Assembly (NCBI GenBank): GCA_026985655.1
Contig: JALSQB010000080.1
Span: 1 to 40,827, forward strand
Direction of reading: 5' to 3'
DNA from: Campylobacteraceae bacterium
GTDB taxonomy: Bacteria > Campylobacterota > Campylobacteria > Campylobacterales > Sulfurovaceae
Length of the DNA stretch: 40,827 nucleotides
Shown here: positions 27,859 to 37,801 of the stretch, piece after piece
Layout: every line of letters starts with the position of its first letter
Numbering within the stretch: the stretch's first letter is position 1
Program-made: the position numbers and the translations under genes
Notes under the pieces: generated by a model
Seen by the model: only the letters and a program-made list of their open reading frames with translations
Told to the model about the DNA's origin: nothing
Databases searched by the model: none

Positions 27859-28681
27859 TCGACTACTTATATTTTTAGCACTTATCGTTATAATGGTTTT
27901 TCTCTTAAAAAAAGAGAAAAACTTTCAAGAAGGTTTCCTCTCTTTAACATTGCCTATCAAAACAACTTATTTGAAATTTTCTAATTCTCTTAATGATAAA
28001 AAAGAGCAATATTTAACGCAAGTAGAAACAATTAAAAAAGTTAAAGAAGAGAATCTTCTACTCCGTAAATACCTCTATCAACAAAAAATAAATCTCATAA
28101 CTTTTAAACAACTTGACCAATACAATGAAAACAAGTTTAATAACTTTGATAACATTTTACAAGTACAAACCATTTCGTATAAAAAGCTAAATGACTTTTC
28201 TCAAATCTATTTAACAAAAGCTGAAGCACTCAATAAAGATAAAATCTATGGACTTATTCAAAAAAATGTTGTGGCAGGTATTGCAATAAAGAAAGACAAT
28301 ATGCTCAAAGGTCTTTTACTCTCTAACCCTACTTGTCAATTTGCAACATTTATTGGAAAGAAAAAAACACCTGGTATTGCTAAAGGTATTAATGATGAGA
28401 GTATTGAAGTAAACTTCATTCCCAAATGGTCAAAAATCAAAGTAGGTGACAAAGTTATGACTTCAGGCTTAGATAATATTTTCCTACCTGAAATTCCCGT
28501 AGGTGTTGTCACCAATATTTTAACCAGAAGTACCTACAAAACAGCCATTGTTAAAACATATGCTGATACACTTCACCCCAATTTCTTTTATCTTGTCAAA
28601 GAAGTTTTACAAGAAGTAGAAGATATTAATATTTCAAAAATGAAATTGGAGCATAACGCTACAAAGGAAAAAGATGAATAA
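27848..28681 (+). CDS. mreC: Rod shape-determining protein MreC
   Basis: N-terminal TM, coiled coil, IKVGDKVMTSGLDNIF...IPVG; overlaps mreB. Confidence 0.9.
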   Translation: MKINRLLIFLALIVIMVFLLKKEKNFQEGFLSLTLPIKTTYLKFSNSLNDKKEQYLTQVETIKKVKEENLLLRKYLYQQKINLITFKQLDQYNENKFNNFDNILQVQTISYKKLNDFSQIYLTKAEALNKDKIYGLIQKNVVAGIAIKKDNMLKGLLLSNPTCQFATFIGKKKTPGIAKGINDESIEVNFIPKWSKIKVGDKVMTSGLDNIFLPEIPVGVVTNILTRSTYKTAIVKTYADTLHPNFFYLVKEVLQEVEDINISKMKLEHNATKEKDE

Positions 28682-29804
28682 TCAACAACATTCAGCTACA
28701 CCATGCTTGATTAACTATTTAATATTAGCTCTCTTTGGCACACTTTTTTTTATTGGCATAATATTAGGATACCTTAATATTATTCCCTTAAAAGTTAATC
28801 TACACTCTGTTATTATTATTGGATTTATCTATTTTATTTACCTGTTTTTTATTCGACACAATGCAAACTATGTGGTTTGTAAAATGCGTAAAGAGCAAGT
28901 AAACCTACAAAAAGAACTACAAAAAAGTATTAAAGAGAACTCCTTAAATATTTTTAATGAAACCAAATCAACCATAAACATTGAAGAGTTTATGGGCAAC
29001 TACTACAAAGAGTTTAGAAATGATAACTATGCGTCAATCGCCTCTTCACTCTTTCCAATGCTCGGTATTTTAGGAACATTCTCAGCCATTGCACTCTCTA
29101 TGCCTGACTTCTCTTCTGCCAATACCGATTCTTTAGATAATGAAATTTCGCTCTTACTCTCTGGTATTGGTACAGCTTTTTACGCTTCTATCTATGGTAT
29201 TTTCCTCTCGATTATTTGGTCATTTTTTGAGAAAAGAGGTCTTTCAAAAGTTGATGAAGATTCTCATCAACTGCATGAAGTCTATGCTTCTTATATTTGG
29301 TCGCCTAGTGAGCTTAAACGACATGAGCATATGCAACATCAGATGCGTGATGAAAGATTAGTAAAAGCATTAAAAGAGACCTTTAATCTTGATTTTATTC
29401 AGACACTCAATGAAAAACATTTAGAAAATTTTCAAACGATTATTAATGAAACTAATAAAAACTTCACCACAATTACCAATCACTTAAAAATGGTTTCAAC
29501 CGATTTAAAAGAGACCATTGCAAAGATTGAAGCTTCAAAATCTGCCATAACAGCTCAAACTAAAATAGAAAAGACCCTCTTAGAGTTTAACAGTAAAACG
29601 GCTGAATTTAACAATACCGTCACAAAACTTGATGCCACACTTGAAAAGTCATTAAATCTTACTTTTTCTAAAATTGACAATGAAGTTGGTGAAATTGTAA
29701 TCAAGTTAGCCAACTTTGCACATAGCACTGCTGAACAAAATAAGATTTTACAACGTACCATTACAGAGTATCATAATAGTATTGCTCAGCAGATAGTGAA
29801 ATAA
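28674..29804 (+). CDS. MotA/TolQ/ExbB-family proton channel protein with long C-terminal helical tail (ZorA-like)
   Basis: PMLGILGTF and LSGIGTAFYASIYG TM motifs, followed by about 190 aa of heptad-rich tail. Confidence 0.85.
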   Translation: MNNQQHSATPCLINYLILALFGTLFFIGIILGYLNIIPLKVNLHSVIIIGFIYFIYLFFIRHNANYVVCKMRKEQVNLQKELQKSIKENSLNIFNETKSTINIEEFMGNYYKEFRNDNYASIASSLFPMLGILGTFSAIALSMPDFSSANTDSLDNEISLLLSGIGTAFYASIYGIFLSIIWSFFEKRGLSKVDEDSHQLHEVYASYIWSPSELKRHEHMQHQMRDERLVKALKETFNLDFIQTLNEKHLENFQTIINETNKNFTTITNHLKMVSTDLKETIAKIEASKSAITAQTKIEKTLLEFNSKTAEFNNTVTKLDATLEKSLNLTFSKIDNEVGEIVIKLANFAHSTAEQNKILQRTITEYHNSIAQQIVK

Positions 29805-29807
29805 GTT

Positions 29808-30878
29808 ATGTTTAAAAAAAAATCAACGGCTTCTGAAACCAATTTTTGGATCTCTTATGCCGACCTTATGGCAGGTCTTCTTTTTGTATTTATTTTACTC
29901 ATTGGTGCTATTGTTATCAAATCAAGCATTGTTAGAAAAGAGTTAAATATACAAAAAGAGATATTAATCAACCAGCAAAATGTCATGGAGGAACAAGAGG
30001 GTACTTTAGATGAACAATCAAATCATCTCATTGATTTATCACAAAGTATTGCGAGTAAAAACAACCAAATATTAGAACTTCAAGCATTGGTAAATGCACA
30101 AAAAAATCAATTAGCCAGTTATAATGAGCATCTTATTTTATTAGAAAATAGAACAGAAGAACAAAATATGACGCTAAATAAAAATGCTGAAGATTTAAAA
30201 GTGTATCAAAACAAGCTACTTATTTTATCTAATCAATTAACACAAAAAGATGAGATGATGAAGTTAAACAATATAAAAATCACCAATTTACTCCAAAGTA
30301 CCAAAGACAAAGAGAATAAATATAATGATTTACTTGCACAACTACAAGCTAAAAAAGCCAAAATAAAATCACTAACAGGAATTAAACTTCAAGTCATCGC
30401 TGAACTAAAATCATCGTTGGGCAACAAAATAAACATAGACAAAAAAAGTGGTTCATTACGATTGGCATCAAATATCTTATTTGACAAAGGTTCAGCCAAC
30501 TTAAAAGAGGGAGCTAAATCTGAACTCAAAGCAAACTTCATTGAGTACATCTCAGCACTCATAGAAAACAAAAATATCGCATCACATATTGATAAAATCA
30601 TCATTGAAGGGCATTCAGACAGTGATGGTTCTTATCTTTACAATTTAGAACTTTCTCAAAAACGTGCTTTTGCTGTCATGAATTACCTCTTAACCCTTGA
30701 CTACATCAAACAACACAATATACAATCTAAACTGGTGGCTTCAGGGCGTTCTTACTTAGATACCATTAAAGTTAATGGAAAAGAGGACAAGGAAGCCAGT
30801 CGTAGAATTGAGGTCAAATTTAGATTAAAAAATGAAGATGCTATGTATGAAATAGAGAGAATTTTAGATGCAAATTAA
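29808..30878 (+). CDS. MotB/OmpA-family protein (ZorB-like)
   Basis: FWISYADLMAGLL TM with conserved Asp, coiled-coil stalk, OmpA domain (LFDKGS, IEGHSD, NLELSQKRA, SRRIE). Confidence 0.88.
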   Translation: MFKKKSTASETNFWISYADLMAGLLFVFILLIGAIVIKSSIVRKELNIQKEILINQQNVMEEQEGTLDEQSNHLIDLSQSIASKNNQILELQALVNAQKNQLASYNEHLILLENRTEEQNMTLNKNAEDLKVYQNKLLILSNQLTQKDEMMKLNNIKITNLLQSTKDKENKYNDLLAQLQAKKAKIKSLTGIKLQVIAELKSSLGNKINIDKKSGSLRLASNILFDKGSANLKEGAKSELKANFIEYISALIENKNIASHIDKIIIEGHSDSDGSYLYNLELSQKRAFAVMNYLLTLDYIKQHNIQSKLVASGRSYLDTIKVNGKEDKEASRRIEVKFRLKNEDAMYEIERILDAN

Positions 30879-31008
30879 ATTTACACCTAAAAAACTTCAA
30901 GAGGCAAATAAGTATGTTGATTTATTGACCCCAACGAAAAAAGAGCTTATAAAAACCAAAGAGAAACACTCTTTACTAAAAAAGATAGTGAAACTCTTAT
31001 TTAAGTAA
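30868..31008 (+). CDS. Small basic hypothetical protein (46 aa), not in the ORF track
   Basis: MQIKFTPKKLQEANKYVDLLTPTKKELIKTKEKHSLLKKIVKLLFK*. Overlaps the motB-like stop by 11 bp and fills the gap; weak GAGAG Shine-Dalgarno. Confidence 0.55.
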   Translation: MQIKFTPKKLQEANKYVDLLTPTKKELIKTKEKHSLLKKIVKLLFK

Positions 31009-31362
31009 CTCTTGAATATTTTTGATAAATAGTGCAAATCTTTCTAAACGATACGCCCCTACTCTCTGTTTGGTTCCCCACATAGGTTCGGGGAAATAAG
31101 AATCTTCTTCAAAGCGTGCCATAATATGCCAATGTACATGTGGCACATAATTTCCAAAAGAGGCAATGTTTATTTTTTGAGGTTTATAAAAACTTAGCAT
31201 CTCTTTTTCGATAATATCTAACACACGAAATATCTCTAGCTTTAACGCCATTGGTACTTCTGAAAACTCTTTGTAAGCTTCTTGGGTAAAAACTTTCAAC
31301 CAAGGAATTTCACTCTCTTCTACTTCTACTCTTAATAACTCATTAGTATAAATAATACTCAT
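30997..31362 (-). CDS. HIT family hydrolase
   Basis: KINIASFGNYVPHVHWH. Start moved to ATG 31362, immediately after the bioA stop. Confidence 0.9.
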   Translation of the reverse strand: MSIIYTNELLRVEVEESEIPWLKVFTQEAYKEFSEVPMALKLEIFRVLDIIEKEMLSFYKPQKINIASFGNYVPHVHWHIMARFEEDSYFPEPMWGTKQRVGAYRLERFALFIKNIQELLK

Positions 31363-31363
31363 T

Positions 31364-32671
31364 TTATAAAACCCCTTTAATTGCATCGTAAGCTGTGTCA
31401 ATCATTTTGTCTATCTCCTCATAGTTAATAATATAAGGTGGCATAAAATAGACAATATGTCCTAAAGGACGGAGTAAAACACCATTTTCTAAACCATATT
31501 GATAAACCTTTAAGCCGATACGTTCTTCAGCTTTGTAACCCTGAAGTTCAACAGCAGCTATCATACCTGTTTGCCGAATTTCTTTGACATTAGAAAGCGT
31601 TTTGAATTTTTGAAGTTTTTCTAAAATATAAGCTGATTTTTTTTCATTTTCACCTAATACATCAGATGCTTCGAAGAGTTCTAATGTGGCTAAAGCTGCC
31701 GTACATGCCAAAGGATTCCCCGTATAGGAGTGTGAATGTAAAAAAGCTTTATGTTCATTGTAGTCACAATAAAAGGCATTGTAAACTTCTACAGTTGTCA
31801 TGGTAATTGCTAAAGGCAAGTATCCACCTGTTAAACCTTTAGAGATGGTCATAAAATCTGGTGTAATCTTCGCTTGTTCACAAGCAAACATCGTTCCTGT
31901 TCTTCCAAAACCCACCATTATTTCATCCGCAATTAAATGCACGCCATACTTTTCACACAGAGGTTTTGCTAGCGTAAGATACAAAGGGTGATACATATGC
32001 ATATAGCCTGCACCCTGCACCAATGGCTCGACAATCAGTGCTGAAATCTCTTTGCCTCTTAGTTCTAAGATCTTCTCTAAGCTCTCTATTGCAATCCTAG
32101 CAGATTCTTCGCTTTGGTCTTTAGGAACAGGTGTCTGAATGCAAGAGATAAGTAACGGTGCATAGGTCTCTTTATAGAGTTCCACATCTCCTACACTCAA
32201 AGCTCCTATGGTTTCACCATGATAAGAATTTGTCAAGGAGAGAAAAAGTGGGCGATTTTCACCCCTATTTCGATGATAATGGAAACTCATCTTTAACGCC
32301 ACTTCTACGGCACTTGAACCATTATCTGCAAAAAAAACTTTATCTAAACCTTTGGGAGTTAAATTGACAAGTTTGTCAGCTAAGTTTACAGCTGGTTTAT
32401 GTGTAAAGCCAGCTAACAAAACATGCTCTAAAGTGTCAAGCTGTTCTTTAATTTTTGAAGAGATATGTTCATTGACATGACCAAAAATATTAACCCACCA
32501 AGAGCTTATGGCATCAATATAAGACTTATCATCAAAATCATACAAATAAATCCCTTTTCCTCTCTGAATAGGAATTAAAGGTAGTGTTTCATGATCTTTC
32601 ATTTGGGTACAAGGGTGCCAAATATTTTTTAAATCCTCTGTTACAATTTGCGTATTATTATTCATCATCAT
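31364..32671 (-). CDS. bioA: Adenosylmethionine-8-amino-7-oxononanoate aminotransferase
   Basis: IWHPCTQM, DAISSWWV, SYHGET, ADEIMVGFGRTG, SKGLTGGYLPL, HSHSYTGNP. Confidence 0.96.
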   Translation of the reverse strand: MMMNNNTQIVTEDLKNIWHPCTQMKDHETLPLIPIQRGKGIYLYDFDDKSYIDAISSWWVNIFGHVNEHISSKIKEQLDTLEHVLLAGFTHKPAVNLADKLVNLTPKGLDKVFFADNGSSAVEVALKMSFHYHRNRGENRPLFLSLTNSYHGETIGALSVGDVELYKETYAPLLISCIQTPVPKDQSEESARIAIESLEKILELRGKEISALIVEPLVQGAGYMHMYHPLYLTLAKPLCEKYGVHLIADEIMVGFGRTGTMFACEQAKITPDFMTISKGLTGGYLPLAITMTTVEVYNAFYCDYNEHKAFLHSHSYTGNPLACTAALATLELFEASDVLGENEKKSAYILEKLQKFKTLSNVKEIRQTGMIAAVELQGYKAEERIGLKVYQYGLENGVLLRPLGHIVYFMPPYIINYEEIDKMIDTAYDAIKGVL

Positions 32672-32779
32672 TTTCCTAGAAGTTTATAATCAGAATATAC
32701 CCTCTATAATGTAATTATTTCATTAATAATTAATAACAACTAGACTAAAATTATGTAAATTTTAAATTAAGGTCAAAAT

Positions 32780-34231
32780 ATGATAAGTTGGATGCAAAAC
32801 AACAACAAATTTACGGTAATCGTAATGTGGATTGCCGCACTATCCTTTATATTAGCAGGTGCAATTGGTGGGTCTATGGGTATTCGTAGTAATACCCTAG
32901 GAAAAGTTGGAGAGATTGAACTAAAAAAAGATAAATTTCAAATGGAATATTCTAATCGATTTAGCCAATACAACCAAATGATGCAAGGTAAGTTTGATGA
33001 GAAAAAAGCCAAACAAATGGGCTTAAAAAACCAAGTTATTCAAAATATGGTAGCACAAGCGAGAATTCTTAACTTAGCCCATGACTTTGGTATCGTTGTG
33101 AGTAAAGAGGAGGCAGGTCAAAAATTGGCAAGTTACTCTGCCTTTCAAACCAATGGTAAATTTGACCGTAAACTATATGATACTTATCTAAAAAATACGG
33201 GATTAACGCATGAGACTTTTGAAAATAACTTAAAAGATCAACTTACCATAGAAAAAACATTTAAACTACTTAATACAAAAGGTTTAGAAAATGAGTATAA
33301 AGCTTTTCAAATTGCATTTGAAGTTGCTGATAAGTTAAAATATACGGTACTTACACCAGATGATGTAAGCATTGAAACCAATGATGAAAAATTAAAAGCA
33401 TTTTGGGAACCCAAAAAAGATACTTTTAAAACCAAAAAGCAATATACATTTGATGTACAATGGACAGAGACTAACAATACTCAAGTTACCGATAAAGAGG
33501 TCAAAGAGTATTTTGAGAAAAATCGCTTTAACTATACCACTAAAGATGGGAAAATGGCAAACTTTGAAGATGTAAAAGAGTGGGTAAAAGAAGCCACACA
33601 AATTGCTAAAACTAAAAAAGAGGCTTTAAGACGTTATGTTCAATTTAAAAAAGGGGAACTCAAAGCTGATGAGACATTAACCTTAAATATCTATGACCCT
33701 AAACTTTCACCAGAACTTTGGACAGAGATCATCACGAAAGAGAAAAATGCATTCTTAAAACCAAAAGTTGCACAAACACGTTATGCTTCAGTAAAAATTA
33801 CTAACATTATCGAGCCTACTACTAAGAGCTTTACAGAAGTGAAAAAAGAACTTACTCCTATTTATGAAGCAGAGCGTAAAAAAGAAGCTCTTTCAAAACT
33901 TGCTGAAGAGAAATTGACACAAATTGACACATTAGATATGAATGTGTCAAGCTTTATCACACTAGACAACGCCGATAAACAAAAATTAGGTATAAATCAA
34001 CAAGAAAGAGCAAATTTCATCTCAAAACTCTTTACATCATCACAAGAAAAGGGTATTATTCCTATAGGAAGTAAAGTAATTGTTTATAAAATCATGGAAC
34101 AAAAATTAATTTCTCTTGAAAATAATGAGACTAATATTATGCAACAGAATGTTGATAGTGTTAAAGAACAGAGTTTTCAAGCCAACTTAATGAAAGTTTT
34201 AGAAAAGAAATATCCAAGCCGACTTTACTAA
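32780..34231 (+). CDS. ppiD: PpiD/SurA-N-domain periplasmic chaperone (peptidylprolyl isomerase family)
   Basis: MISWMQ N-terminus, TM anchor, SurA-N-like FQTNGKFDRKLY; positioned before ftsA. Confidence 0.8.
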   Translation: MISWMQNNNKFTVIVMWIAALSFILAGAIGGSMGIRSNTLGKVGEIELKKDKFQMEYSNRFSQYNQMMQGKFDEKKAKQMGLKNQVIQNMVAQARILNLAHDFGIVVSKEEAGQKLASYSAFQTNGKFDRKLYDTYLKNTGLTHETFENNLKDQLTIEKTFKLLNTKGLENEYKAFQIAFEVADKLKYTVLTPDDVSIETNDEKLKAFWEPKKDTFKTKKQYTFDVQWTETNNTQVTDKEVKEYFEKNRFNYTTKDGKMANFEDVKEWVKEATQIAKTKKEALRRYVQFKKGELKADETLTLNIYDPKLSPELWTEIITKEKNAFLKPKVAQTRYASVKITNIIEPTTKSFTEVKKELTPIYEAERKKEALSKLAEEKLTQIDTLDMNVSSFITLDNADKQKLGINQQERANFISKLFTSSQEKGIIPIGSKVIVYKIMEQKLISLENNETNIMQQNVDSVKEQSFQANLMKVLEKKYPSRLY

Positions 34232-34250
34232 TTTTACTAAGGATTAAATC

Positions 34251-35636
34251 GTGGATAAACCAATTTTAGCAATAGATATAGGATCAACTAAAATATGTGC
34301 AATTATTGGTGAAATCATTAATGGTAAAGTAGAAGTTGCAGGACATGGAATTAGTAAGTCCCAAGGAATTAAAAAAGGAGCTATTTCAAATATTGAATTG
34401 GCTTCTAAATCTATTAAAGATGCAGTTGATGATGCAAAACGTGTTGCAGGAATTAATCCTACAACTGCCACTATCTCTATCTCTGGAGCTTATGTTAAAA
34501 GTTTGAACTCTTCAGGGGTTGTCAATATTCCCAACCATGAAATATCGATTAATGAGATAAACCGTGTAATGCAAACGGCTCTTTATAATGCCAACATTCC
34601 CACTGAATTTGAAATTCTACATGTCTTACCTTACAAGTTCAAAATTGATGAACAAGATTTCATTGAAGACCCAAATGGCATGAATGCTACTAGAATGGAA
34701 GTCGATACCCATATTATTATTACTAATAAGTCCAACTTAGGCAATTTAAAAAAAGCTGTTAATGCTGCGGGCATTGGCATTTCTAAAGTTGTATTGTCTG
34801 GTTATGCTTCTTCATTGGCTGTTATCTCGCAGAACGATAAAGAACGAGGTATTGCTGTTATTGACCTTGGAGGACAAACTTCAAATTTAATTATCCATAT
34901 AGGTAATTCAATTCAATACAACAATTTTTTACCTGTTGGTTCAAATCATATTACCAATGATTTATCTATTGCGCTACATACACCGTTAGATATTGCCGAA
35001 GAGTTAAAAATAGCAAAAGGGAGTTTACTCCAAGGTGAGGCAGGCGATGTTAAACTTCAAATCATAGGTGATGAGAAAAAGTTAAACACCGTTCCATTAG
35101 AGATGGTTCAAAATATTATCTATAGTCGTATGGAAGAGACGCTTCTTATTTTATCTGATTTACTAGATAAAAGTTCATTTAAAGAACAATTAGGTGCAGG
35201 AATTACCTTAACGGGTGGAATGACACTCATTGAGGGGACACGAGAACTTGCACAAGCACTCATGCCCAATATACCCATCAAAATAGGAAAACCTACGAAT
35301 ATTTCGAATATTTCAGATGATTTAAACTCAGCAGAATTTTCAACAGTTATAGGTTTACTTCAATATGAATCAGGGAAACATACCGAGTATGAATTAGATG
35401 GTAGTAAAACAATGCTTCATTCTAAAGAGTATAAGCACAAAGAGTCATTACAAGATATTAGAGATTTTCAAAATCCTGAAATGAAGAGTAAACCAAAAAT
35501 TTCAGTCTCAACACCTTCTTTTAATGATGAGAAAAAAAGTGAAAATGATTTATTTAAAGACTTAACGCAAGAGAGTAAAAAAAACCCTAATAAGCCCCTA
35601 GACAATTTTATGAATTGGGCAAAAAAAATCTTTTAA
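34251..35636 (+). CDS. ftsA: Cell division protein FtsA
   Basis: LAIDIGSTKI, IDLGGQTS, GSNHITNDL, LTGG, C-terminal amphipathic helix (NFMNWAKKIF). Confidence 0.97.
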   Translation: MDKPILAIDIGSTKICAIIGEIINGKVEVAGHGISKSQGIKKGAISNIELASKSIKDAVDDAKRVAGINPTTATISISGAYVKSLNSSGVVNIPNHEISINEINRVMQTALYNANIPTEFEILHVLPYKFKIDEQDFIEDPNGMNATRMEVDTHIIITNKSNLGNLKKAVNAAGIGISKVVLSGYASSLAVISQNDKERGIAVIDLGGQTSNLIIHIGNSIQYNNFLPVGSNHITNDLSIALHTPLDIAEELKIAKGSLLQGEAGDVKLQIIGDEKKLNTVPLEMVQNIIYSRMEETLLILSDLLDKSSFKEQLGAGITLTGGMTLIEGTRELAQALMPNIPIKIGKPTNISNISDDLNSAEFSTVIGLLQYESGKHTEYELDGSKTMLHSKEYKHKESLQDIRDFQNPEMKSKPKISVSTPSFNDEKKSENDLFKDLTQESKKNPNKPLDNFMNWAKKIF

Positions 35637-35648
35637 AAAGGAGAAAAA

Positions 35649-36812
35649 ATGGAAGAATTTAACATAACAGAATCTACAGCTGGCATACATGGAGCTAAGA
35701 TTAAAGCCATCGGTGTAGGTGGTGGTGGTGGAAATATGATTAACCACATGATTAGAGAAGGAATTGAGGGTATTGACCTTATTGTTGCTAACACTGATTC
35801 TCAAGCATTAGACGCGTCTATTGCACCTTATAAGATGCAACTTGGTATTAACTCTACTAAGGGTCTTGGTGCAGGTATGAAGCCAGAAGTTGGTGCAGAA
35901 GCAGCTAAAGAGAGTTATGATAGCATTAAAACCATGCTTGAAGGTGCCGACTTAGTATTTATCTCTGCTGGTTTAGGTGGTGGTACAGGAACAGGTGCTG
36001 CACCTGTTATTGCCCAAGCAGCTAAAGAGGTTAATGCCTTAACAGTTTCTATTGTTACCAGTCCTTTTAAATTTGAAGGTAGAAAAAGACAAAAATTGGC
36101 CAAAGCTGGTCTTGAAGAGCTTAAAAAAGAGTCTGACTCTATTATTGTTGTTCCCAATGAGAGACTACTCTCTATTGTCGAAAAGAACCTTGGAATGAGA
36201 GACAGCTTTAGACTTGTCGATTCTGTTCTTTCTCAAGCAGTTGGTGGAATTTCAAATGTTATTTTATCTCATGGAGCCAATGACATTAACCTTGACTTCG
36301 CCGATGTTAAAACCGTCATGAGCCATAGAGGTTTAGCCCTTATGGGTGTGGGTGAGAGTACAGGTAATTCTGCAGCCTATGATGCTGCTAAAACTGCCAT
36401 TGAATCTCCACTACTTGACAATTTATCAATTGATGGAGCGATGGGTATTTTGGTACATTTCCATATTCACCCAGATTATCCTTTAGCAGAAATAGCAGAA
36501 GCGATGGACATTGTTGAAGAGAATGCTGATGAAGATGCAAATATTATCTTTGGGACAACTACTTCAGAGAATATTCCTCTTGATGAAGTAAAATTAACCA
36601 TTATTGCGACTGGTTTTGAAGACCCTACTGATATAGTAGAGAGTACTAAACCAGAAGAGACTACGATTAATAATAATCCAACAATATTAAGAAAACCTTC
36701 TTCAGGTTCATTAATAGATAGAACACTACAGAAGAAAGTGGTTGGTGGATATAACAGTGAAAATGAAGACTATCTCGACACACCAACTTTTTTACGTAAA
36801 CAGATGGATTAA
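35649..36812 (+). CDS. ftsZ: Cell division protein FtsZ
   Basis: GVGGGGGN, GGGTGTG, INLDFADV, C-terminal LDTPTFLR. Confidence 0.99.
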   Translation: MEEFNITESTAGIHGAKIKAIGVGGGGGNMINHMIREGIEGIDLIVANTDSQALDASIAPYKMQLGINSTKGLGAGMKPEVGAEAAKESYDSIKTMLEGADLVFISAGLGGGTGTGAAPVIAQAAKEVNALTVSIVTSPFKFEGRKRQKLAKAGLEELKKESDSIIVVPNERLLSIVEKNLGMRDSFRLVDSVLSQAVGGISNVILSHGANDINLDFADVKTVMSHRGLALMGVGESTGNSAAYDAAKTAIESPLLDNLSIDGAMGILVHFHIHPDYPLAEIAEAMDIVEENADEDANIIFGTTTSENIPLDEVKLTIIATGFEDPTDIVESTKPEETTINNNPTILRKPSSGSLIDRTLQKKVVGGYNSENEDYLDTPTFLRKQMD

Positions 36813-36821
36813 AGGGTAAAA

Positions 36822-37784
36822 ATGGCAAAAGTTTCTCTTCTCCTTTTTCTACTTTTGTCACCCTATCTACTTTTAGCTGATGGACATATTTTTGTCTATC
36901 ATCGCTTTGATGATACACGCTACCCTACTACCAATATTTCAACTAAAGAGCTTCGAAAAGAGTTCAATTATCTTAAAAATAATGGCTATAAAGTTGTACC
37001 CCTAATTGAGATTATTAAGAAAGTTAATAATAATGAAGAAGTGCCTTCTAATTGGGTTGCCTTTAGCATTGATGATGGCTTTAAAAGTTTTTATACCCAT
37101 GGATTAAAAGTTTTTAAAGAGTATCACTATCCATTTACCCTATTTATTGCGGTAAAATATACTGAAAAAAACTATAAAGATTATGTCTCATGGAAGCAAT
37201 TAAAAGAGATTAGTAAATATGGTCAAGTTGAATTTCATAGCTATGGACATGGTCACTTTGGTCAAATGAATAATGAAGAGATTAAAGCTGACATGGACAA
37301 AGGCTTAGCCCTTATGAAGCAACACCTTAACTATGTTCCAAACCTTTTTGTTTATCCTTATGGTGAATATGATGAGAGGGTAGCTAAAGTCCTTAAACCT
37401 TATGGATTCAAAGCTGTTTTCAACCAAAACATTGGTGCAGTAAATGGTATCTGTTCTGACCTCAATGAGATTGACCGTTCAGCAGTTGTTGGTTCAAATG
37501 CACATGATTTTAAACTTTATCTTAAATTTCAAGAGCTATGTGGGGTTACCTTTACACAACCTACTGTTTATCCTAAAAATAAAATTGTTAAAACAGTAGA
37601 AGTGACACTGGAAGACAAAACTATTAAATCTGCTGACATTTTCATCTCCAACAATGGCTGGACAAAAGTTAAAGTACATAATGGAAAAATTTTATGGCAC
37701 GCCAATAAAAAAGTTAAACTAAACCGTATTAAAATTGGTGTAAAAGTTAAAAGTAAAATTAAATTAATGGTTTTGTCTCATTAA
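36822..37784 (+). CDS. Secreted polysaccharide deacetylase (CE4)
   Basis: Signal peptide, YHRF, SIDDG, HSYGH, YPYG. Confidence 0.9.
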   Translation: MAKVSLLLFLLLSPYLLLADGHIFVYHRFDDTRYPTTNISTKELRKEFNYLKNNGYKVVPLIEIIKKVNNNEEVPSNWVAFSIDDGFKSFYTHGLKVFKEYHYPFTLFIAVKYTEKNYKDYVSWKQLKEISKYGQVEFHSYGHGHFGQMNNEEIKADMDKGLALMKQHLNYVPNLFVYPYGEYDERVAKVLKPYGFKAVFNQNIGAVNGICSDLNEIDRSAVVGSNAHDFKLYLKFQELCGVTFTQPTVYPKNKIVKTVEVTLEDKTIKSADIFISNNGWTKVKVHNGKILWHANKKVKLNRIKIGVKVKSKIKLMVLSH

Positions 37785-37801
37785 TTTCTGGAGTATAGAA
37801 A

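Noticed and set aside
26824-28681. Absence of mreD after mreBC
   Set aside because: Normal for the fabZ-lpxA-clpX-mreB-mreC cluster in Campylobacterota.
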